Source of the DNA: Bacteroidales bacterium
GTDB taxonomy: Bacteria > Bacteroidota > Bacteroidia > Bacteroidales > Bacteroidaceae
Reading direction: 5' to 3'
Assembly (NCBI GenBank): GCA_029218405.1
Contig: JAQXRG010000095.1
Span: forward strand, 2,399-66,398
Length of the DNA stretch: 64,000 nucleotides
The position numbers and the translations under genes were made by a program. The notes below the pieces were generated by a model that did not search any database, was not told where the DNA came from, and saw only the letters and a program-made list of their open reading frames with translations. Numbering within the stretch: position 1 is the stretch's first letter; each line of letters opens with the position of its first letter. Positions 1 through 5,498 of the stretch are shown here, in pieces.

Positions 1-40
1 ACATTACTTTTATATTTGGTTGATACGTTTGCGTACAAAT

Positions 41-108
41 ACTTTTTATACTCCCATTACCTTATTGTGCCATTTTTGCGAATCAGAGGAACCTGTCCCT
101 TTGACCCC
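41..108 (-). repeat. Cassette-delimiting direct repeat, copy 1 (32-bp core 76-107)
   Basis: Core TTGCGAATCAGAGGAACCTGTCCCTTTGACCC is identical at 76-107, 569-600 and 1766-1797. Flank ACTTTTTATACTC-CAT-ACCTTAT is shared with copy 3. Confidence 0.95.
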
Positions 109-500
109 TTGATGTTGGCCACGAACTCCTTGGGAAGGATGATGTTCTCCACATCCATGGCATCCGTAAAGAGGGGAGCTATCTCCTCATCCCGGAATCC
201 TGCTATCCCACAGCCAATACGTGTGACCAGGAACGTCAGTCCGTGATGCGCTTTGGCAAAGCGGATAAAATCATCTACGTAGGGTTTGATGGTATCTACA
301 CCGCCCTGCATGGTAGGGATGGCGTATGTCTGACCATGCAGTCCGACACCTTCTCCCCATACAGCACCAAACCGCTCGTACGCCAATCGTGCGGCACCGC
401 CACCATGTGCGCCTGCCAGATTGCTGCCAAATACGAATATCTCGTTCTCTTTCAATCCCGTAATCCTTTCAGGGGTATATCTTCTGTTGTTCATAACCAT
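57..500 (-). CDS. Macrodomain-like protein (A1S_2505-family 'phage non-structural protein'); C-terminal tail encoded by the repeat
   Basis: Motifs IFVFGSNLAGAHGGGAA, YAIPT and VTRIGCGIAG. The last ~16 aa come from repeat copy 1. Confidence 0.75.
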   Translation of the reverse strand: MVMNNRRYTPERITGLKENEIFVFGSNLAGAHGGGAARLAYERFGAVWGEGVGLHGQTYAIPTMQGGVDTIKPYVDDFIRFAKAHHGLTFLVTRIGCGIAGFRDEEIAPLFTDAMDVENIILPKEFVANIKGSKGQVPLIRKNGTIR

Positions 501-551
501 TATTATCTTACAGTTGGGTCATAATCATTATTTTTTTCTTCTTACCACCTC

Positions 552-601
552 ACCTTATTATGCCATTCTTGCGAATCAGAGGAACCTGTCCCTTTGACCC
601 C
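552..601 (-). repeat. Cassette-delimiting direct repeat, copy 2 (core 569-600)
   Basis: ACCTTATTATGCCATTCTTGCGAATCAGAGGAACCTGTCCCTTTGACCCC, directly abutting the Fic stop codon. Confidence 0.95.
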
Positions 602-1671
602 TATTCTGTAGAGATGGCTAAAACGTGCCACTTGCCGTCTTTCTCGGTTCTTGTAATATATCCTTTGTCTGTCATGGATTTCAGCAGTTTTTGTATGGCA
701 GACTTGTTCACACCCATGATGTCTGTAAGACGGGCGATTGACAAGTCTGGATGAAGCTGCAATGTAGCGAGTAATCTGCTGGCATTGGGGCTGCGGAATG
801 TTATCCGTTCTCCATCGTACCACCAGCCTTCCTCACCTTGGCTCATCACAAAATCAATGTCTGACTGTATCTCTTTCTGTACGAGCTGGGTGAAGTACAG
901 AAGGAAATGCCGTATGTCGGTCAGAGGGGCGTGTGCTCCTAACGATGGAGACAAACCAACTACCATATCCGATTGATGCAGAGCTTCCAGATACTCCTGC
1001 TTTTGGCGGTTGCGTACCACTATCATCGGCCAATCATGACGCGCGAGGATGTAATTGACCATGAGGCGGGCTATCCGACCGTTGCCGTCTTCGAACGGAT
1101 GTATGCGGATATAGCGGTAATGGAAGAGTGCCGCCAATTCAACAGGGGAGAGTTCTCCCTTCTGTTCCTCCTTGTTATACCAATCCACCAAATCACTCAT
1201 GAGAGCGGGAGTCTCTTCTGGGGAAGCATAGTCAAAGTGGTCTCCATATCTCGTTATGACACTGTTGGGGCGTGTCTTATATTGTCCTGCATGTATCACA
1301 TAACTTGTTTGAACACCTCCGGGGAGTGTTCGATATACGGTGTAGTCTTCGCGCAACAATGTATGATGCAGTGTGCGGATGAAGTTTTGCGTCAAGGGTG
1401 TATGGATGCTCTTGGCCTCCTCAGCCATCATCTTCAACGATACCTCGCTGGCCTTCATATCCATAAAGTCCTTCAGGTCACCTTCTCCGCTCACTTTGCC
1501 GAAGAGTAGCAACAGCTCCGTCTGCCCGTATGTCAGGGTGTTGCCCTCCATGTGGTTGGAGTTATAGTTATACTCTACGCTAAACTTCATTCTGAGTTTA
1601 TGCAGCTGTCGTTCGCCAAGCGGTTGCAGACTGAGCCATTTCTGATAGGTTTGTTCTAATGTCATCATCAT
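601..1671 (-). CDS. Fic family protein (AMPylase) with N-terminal inhibitory motif and C-terminal winged HTH
   Basis: Canonical HPFEDGNGRIAR motif; SNHMEGN matches (S/T)xxxE(G/N); C-terminal LSIARLTDIMGVNKSAIQKLLKSMTDKGYI is HTH-like. Confidence 0.92.
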   Translation of the reverse strand: MMMTLEQTYQKWLSLQPLGERQLHKLRMKFSVEYNYNSNHMEGNTLTYGQTELLLLFGKVSGEGDLKDFMDMKASEVSLKMMAEEAKSIHTPLTQNFIRTLHHTLLREDYTVYRTLPGGVQTSYVIHAGQYKTRPNSVITRYGDHFDYASPEETPALMSDLVDWYNKEEQKGELSPVELAALFHYRYIRIHPFEDGNGRIARLMVNYILARHDWPMIVVRNRQKQEYLEALHQSDMVVGLSPSLGAHAPLTDIRHFLLYFTQLVQKEIQSDIDFVMSQGEEGWWYDGERITFRSPNASRLLATLQLHPDLSIARLTDIMGVNKSAIQKLLKSMTDKGYITRTEKDGKWHVLAISTE

Positions 1672-1678
1672 TCATTTT

Positions 1679-1734
1679 TCTTCGTACCACTTTGAAAGGT
1701 GGTACGCGTACCACCTTTCAAAGTGGTACGAAGA
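1679..1734. repeat. Perfect 56-bp palindrome; each arm is itself an 8-bp inverted repeat
   Basis: TCTTCGTACCACTTTGAAAGGTGGTACG|CGTACCACCTTTCAAAGTGGTACGAAGA is its own reverse complement. Each arm contains CGTACCAC-N8-GTGGTACG. Confidence 0.97.
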
Positions 1735-1797
1735 CTTTTTATACTCACATCACCTTATGCCATTCTTGCGAATCAGAGGAACCTGTCCCTTTGACCC
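1734..1797 (-). repeat. Cassette-delimiting direct repeat, copy 3 (core 1766-1797), overlapping the stop codon of the fabK-like gene
   Basis: Same 32-bp core. The TGA of ORF 1773..2726 lies inside it. Confidence 0.95.
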
Positions 1798-2726
1798 TTG
1801 GAAGCGGCCCTGAGGTACTCCTCCAAGAGTCGGTGCATCGCCTCTTCCACCGTAACCACAGGCTGACCTTTGAGCAGGCTGGCTACCTGTCCGATTTCGA
1901 GTTCACCTGCGTCCAAGTCTCCCTCGAACATTCCCTTCTTCGCCCTGCCCTTGCCCAAAAGTTCGCGCAGTTGCATCTCGTCCGCTCCGGCTGCTTCGGC
2001 AGCCTCCACCGCATCGCGGAACTTGTTCTTCACCAAGCGGGTGGGAGACAGTTTCTTCAGCAGCAGACGGGTGTCGCCCTCCTCCAGTTGCAGGCAGCGC
2101 TGTTTGAAGGCCTCGTGCGCCGAACTCTCCTGCGTGAGGGCAAAGAGCGAGCCAATCTGCACGCCATCGGCACCTAAAGCCTGTACGGCATAGATAGCCT
2201 CTCCTGTAGCGATGCCGCCGGCTGCCAGCAGAGGCAGTTGGGTGACCCTGCGTACGGCTGGAACCAGGCAGAGTGTGGTCGTCTCCTCGCGTCCGTTGTG
2301 TCCGCCGGCCTCAAAGCCCTCGGCCACCAGCGCATCCACGCCCGCTTCCTCGGCCTTACGTGCAAACTGGGAAGAAGAGACCACATGCGCCACCTTGATG
2401 CCATGCTCGTGCAGCCACCCTGTCCACTTCTTGGGCGAGCCGGCCGAAGTAAAGACAATCTTCACCCCTTCCTCCACAAGAAGTTGCATTACCTCCTCCA
2501 TCTGTGGATACATCAACGGCAGATTCACGCCAAAGGGGTTCGAGGTCGCCTCCTTTGTCTTGCGGATGTGCTCGCGCAACGTCTCCGGGTGCATTGATCC
2601 TGCACCCAGCAGTCCCAGACCGCCTGCATTACTCACCGCAGCTGCCAGTCTCCAGCCGCTGCACCACACCATTCCCCCTTGTACGATGGGGTATTTGATG
2701 CCAAACAGTTCACAAATTGCATTCAT
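1773..2726 (-). CDS. fabK: Nitronate monooxygenase family / FabK-like enoyl-ACP reductase II
   Basis: YPIVQGGM, GGLGLLG, AEGFEAGGH, AAGGIA and ELEIGQV motifs. Confidence 0.8.
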   Translation of the reverse strand: MNAICELFGIKYPIVQGGMVWCSGWRLAAAVSNAGGLGLLGAGSMHPETLREHIRKTKEATSNPFGVNLPLMYPQMEEVMQLLVEEGVKIVFTSAGSPKKWTGWLHEHGIKVAHVVSSSQFARKAEEAGVDALVAEGFEAGGHNGREETTTLCLVPAVRRVTQLPLLAAGGIATGEAIYAVQALGADGVQIGSLFALTQESSAHEAFKQRCLQLEEGDTRLLLKKLSPTRLVKNKFRDAVEAAEAAGADEMQLRELLGKGRAKKGMFEGDLDAGELEIGQVASLLKGQPVVTVEEAMHRLLEEYLRAASKGQRDRFL

Positions 2727-2765
2727 CTTGTTTCTATTTTTTGCCTGAAAAATACCTCACAGGAG

Positions 2766-2773
2766 CAAAAGTA
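2766..2773 (-). promoter_or_regulatory. Bacteroidetes sigma-A -7 element (TACTTTTG) upstream of the fabK-like gene
   Basis: TAnnTTTG consensus on the minus strand ~40 bp upstream of the ATG. Confidence 0.6.
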
Positions 2774-2917
2774 CACATATTACGTTGAGTTACCAAGAAA
2801 TACCAGTGCAAATTAACCAATATTCTTGGGAACCTGCCTAAAAGAAAAAGGACACGTGCGATGATTGGATAAATTTGGGAAGCAAACTTTTGCGTATAAA
2901 TGCAGTCCTCGTAAAAG

Positions 2918-3193
2918 TTATTTCTTTGAATAATGGTATCTCATGGAGAATATATAAACTTCTATGGTATCGTCATGCACGGAATAAACAATCCGGTGCT
3001 CCGAATTGATGCGCCTTGACCATTTCCCCGCCAATTCATAGTTGAGAGGTTCGGGCTTACCGATGCCTGTATAAGGATGCTCTGCCATATCTTCCAACAG
3101 AGTCTTTATTTTGTTCAGTATCGCTGTATTTCCGCTGTGTGAGAAGAATAGGTATTCTTTTCGTGCCTGTTCTGATAATGTTATTCTGTACAT
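2918..3193 (-). CDS. yoeB: Txe/YoeB family toxin
   Basis: PYTGIGKPEPL, WSRRINSEHRIVY and C-terminal RYHY; overlaps the antitoxin stop. Confidence 0.93.
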   Translation of the reverse strand: MYRITLSEQARKEYLFFSHSGNTAILNKIKTLLEDMAEHPYTGIGKPEPLNYELAGKWSRRINSEHRIVYSVHDDTIEVYIFSMRYHYSKK

Positions 3194-3471
3194 GCCACCC
3201 GTTTTAAGAAGTCCTCCATGCTTTCACTCTCGTTTTGGGTAATGCAGTTACCGCTTTTAATGTCTTCTTCCCCCTTGCGTATGGCTTCCATGGTTTCGGG
3301 TGATGACATGATATATTCGGTTTCCTTTAAAGAATTGTATTCATCCAAAGAAATCATTACCACTCCCTTGCCATTCCCACGATTGATTACAACGGTATCA
3401 TAATCGTCAATGACTGAATCAATATAACTTTTCAGGTTGGTTCTTAAATCTGTGTAATTGGCTGTTCTCAT
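3181..3471 (-). CDS. yefM: Phd/YefM family antitoxin
   Basis: MRTANYTDLRTNLKSYID, VVMISLDEYNSLKETEY; upstream of yoeB. Confidence 0.92.
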   Translation of the reverse strand: MRTANYTDLRTNLKSYIDSVIDDYDTVVINRGNGKGVVMISLDEYNSLKETEYIMSSPETMEAIRKGEEDIKSGNCITQNESESMEDFLKRVACTE

Positions 3472-3492
3472 ACTTCCTCCTTTTTATAAGTG

Positions 3493-3524
3493 CAAAGATA
3501 TGTACTTATTTGCGTACTTGCAAA
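3493..3524 (-). promoter_or_regulatory. yefM-yoeB promoter (TTTG-N20-TATCTTTG) with two GTAC operator cores in the spacer
   Basis: -7 at 3493-3500 and -33 at 3521-3524. GTAC at 3502-3505 and 3514-3517, 12 bp apart. Confidence 0.7.
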
Positions 3525-3576
3525 TGTAAATGGTTAATAAAAGGTCATGTTCATGCTATCTGCCACCCTGATAAAA

Positions 3577-3617
3577 GAAAAAAGCATCGACAATCTTGCG
3601 ATTATCAATGCTTTTTC
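3577..3617 (-). terminator. Intrinsic terminator downstream of tRNA-Pro
   Basis: Minus strand AAAAAGCATTGATAATC-GCAA-GATTGTCGATGCTTTTTT. Confidence 0.7.
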
Positions 3618-3621
3618 TCAG

Positions 3622-3696
3622 TCGGGGTGACTGGATTCGAACCAGCGACCACACGCCCCCCAGACGCGTACTCTAACCGGGCTGAGCTACACCCCG
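3622..3696 (-). tRNA. tRNA-Pro(GGG)
   Basis: CGGGGTGTAGCTCAGCCCGGTTAGAG...CT-GGG-GG...GGTTCGAATCC...CACCCCGA cloverleaf; TACCTTTG promoter at 3727-3734. Confidence 0.96.
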
Positions 3697-3809
3697 CTGT
3701 GTGTGCTTGTCTTTGTTTGACGGGTGCAAAGGTACGCACTTTTTTTGAACCTGCAAGCGTTTTCCCGGTTTTTTTTCATCAAAGGGCGTTTTTTTTCGTT
3801 TTTCGGGCC

Positions 3810-4865
3810 TCAGAGGGTCTCCCGGTAGAAGTCGAGCAGCTCGTAAATCTCCTCTTGCGTGGCGGTCTGGTTGATGCGGATGTCACCGATGCCGCCCAGC
3901 AGGGTGAAGTTGACACAGCCGGCGGAGAAATTCTTCTTGTCGTGCTTCATGAAGTTGAACAGCGTCTCGTAGTCCTCGCAGGTGAACGACAGCCGCCCGT
4001 AGTTCTCCTGGATGAAGTGCAGGGTCTGGTGGAGCTTGTCCTTCGGGAAGCCGGTCCGCAGGGCGGAGAGGTAGAGCTCGCACACCATGCCCCAGGCGAC
4101 GGCATAGCCGTGCAGCACGGGATGCTGCTGCAGGGCAAAGCTCTCGAAGGCATGTCCTACGGTATGTCCCAGGTTGAGGGCCTTGCGGATGCCGTGTTCG
4201 AAGGGGTCCTGTTCCACGATGCGTTCCTTCACCTGCACGGACTTGCCCACCAAGCGCTGCAGCTGGTCGTAGTCGATGTGCTGCATGTCGAAGTTGACCA
4301 GCTCGCTCCAGTGTTCCGTGTCGCTGATGAGGCCGTGCTTCAGCATCTCGGCATAGCCCGAAAGCAGGTTCTCATGGTCGAGCGTGCGGAGGAACTGGCA
4401 GTCGATGAGAACGGTGGCGGCGGGGTGGAAAGCACCGATCTCGTTCTTCAGCTCGTTGAAGTTGATGCCGGTCTTGCCGCCCACGGCTGCATCGACCATC
4501 GAGAGCAGGGTGGTGGGGACATTAATATAAGGTATGCCTCGCTTGAAGGTGGCCGCCGCGAATCCTCCGAGGTCGGTCACCATGCCGCCGCCCAGGTTGA
4601 GGAGCAGTGACCGCCGGGTGGCGCCTTCGTTGCTGAGCCGGTGCCATACATAGGCCAGGGTCTCTAAGTTCTTGTGGATGTCGCCCGGACCGATGCACAG
4701 GTGGGTGGCTCCTTTCAGGCATTCCTGGTCTTGCAGCAGGGGCCAGCACAGGGCCTGGGTGTGCTCATCGGTCAGGATGAACAGCTTGTCGTACGTTTGT
4801 CGGGCCAGCGCCGTGCGAAGGTCTTCTTCGAAGTGCTGGCAGATAATCACTTCTTGTTTGCTCAT
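3810..4865 (-). CDS. aroB: 3-dehydroquinate synthase
   Basis: LGGGMVTDLGGF, PTTLLSMVDAAVGGKTG, LNLGHT, HGYAV and HDKKN. Confidence 0.96.
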   Translation of the reverse strand: MSKQEVIICQHFEEDLRTALARQTYDKLFILTDEHTQALCWPLLQDQECLKGATHLCIGPGDIHKNLETLAYVWHRLSNEGATRRSLLLNLGGGMVTDLGGFAAATFKRGIPYINVPTTLLSMVDAAVGGKTGINFNELKNEIGAFHPAATVLIDCQFLRTLDHENLLSGYAEMLKHGLISDTEHWSELVNFDMQHIDYDQLQRLVGKSVQVKERIVEQDPFEHGIRKALNLGHTVGHAFESFALQQHPVLHGYAVAWGMVCELYLSALRTGFPKDKLHQTLHFIQENYGRLSFTCEDYETLFNFMKHDKKNFSAGCVNFTLLGGIGDIRINQTATQEEIYELLDFYRETL

Positions 4866-4986
4866 AATAGACTGGTTTTTGCCGCAAAATTAGAAAAAAA
4901 GTGAGAAGTGAGCGGTTCTTGACCATCATTTAATTAATTTTGCACCCTGAATTGTAACAATAGTGATTATTTAGAAGAAAGGAAAG

Positions 4987-5397
4987 ATGATGAAAGGAAT
5001 CTTGCCGGCAGGATGCCGGATAGTGGGATATGCGTTGCTGGTCGTGTCGGTGTTCGCTCCCTTGCTGCTGTACATGATGGGACAGGTGGACGACACGAAC
5101 CTGGTGGCGGTGAAGCTGGGAATGAAGTTGGTGATATGGCTGTCGTTGTTTATGGTGTTCTTCGCCCGGCAGAAGGTGGAGGATGAGGCGACGGCAGCGC
5201 TGCGGACGGATGCCATGGGCAAGGCCTTGGTGGCCTGGGGCGTGCTGTATGCCGCTACCTTGGTCATGGGAATCGTGGAGGGCGACATGCAGGCGGGCGG
5301 ATCGGCGGCGCTTCATTACATGGTGCTTTGCGTGCTGGTCTTCGAGTTCCTGGTGAAGAAGCGCCGGGCCGAGGAGGCGTTCCGGAAAAGACGGTAA
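4987..5397 (+). CDS. Hypothetical membrane protein (about 4 TM helices)
   Basis: Hydrophobic segments, host-like codon usage, TAATTTTG promoter at 4935-4942. Confidence 0.7.
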   Translation: MMKGILPAGCRIVGYALLVVSVFAPLLLYMMGQVDDTNLVAVKLGMKLVIWLSLFMVFFARQKVEDEATAALRTDAMGKALVAWGVLYAATLVMGIVEGDMQAGGSAALHYMVLCVLVFEFLVKKRRAEEAFRKRR

Positions 5398-5498
5398 GGG
5401 GACGCGGCAGGAATCCGTGAAAAAATTGGGCCGTCGGATTAAACCTTCGGGAAGAAGGGGCATCCAACAGGCAGTTAAACTAATACAAAGGAATCAAG

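Noticed and set aside
76-1797. CRISPR array (32-bp repeats)
   Set aside because: The intervals are 461 and 1165 bp and contain whole genes, and there are no cas genes in the window.
76-1797. Classical integron attC sites or an IS with terminal inverted repeats
   Set aside because: There is no RYYYAAC...GTTRRRY box architecture and no IntI or transposase in view, and the copies are in direct orientation.
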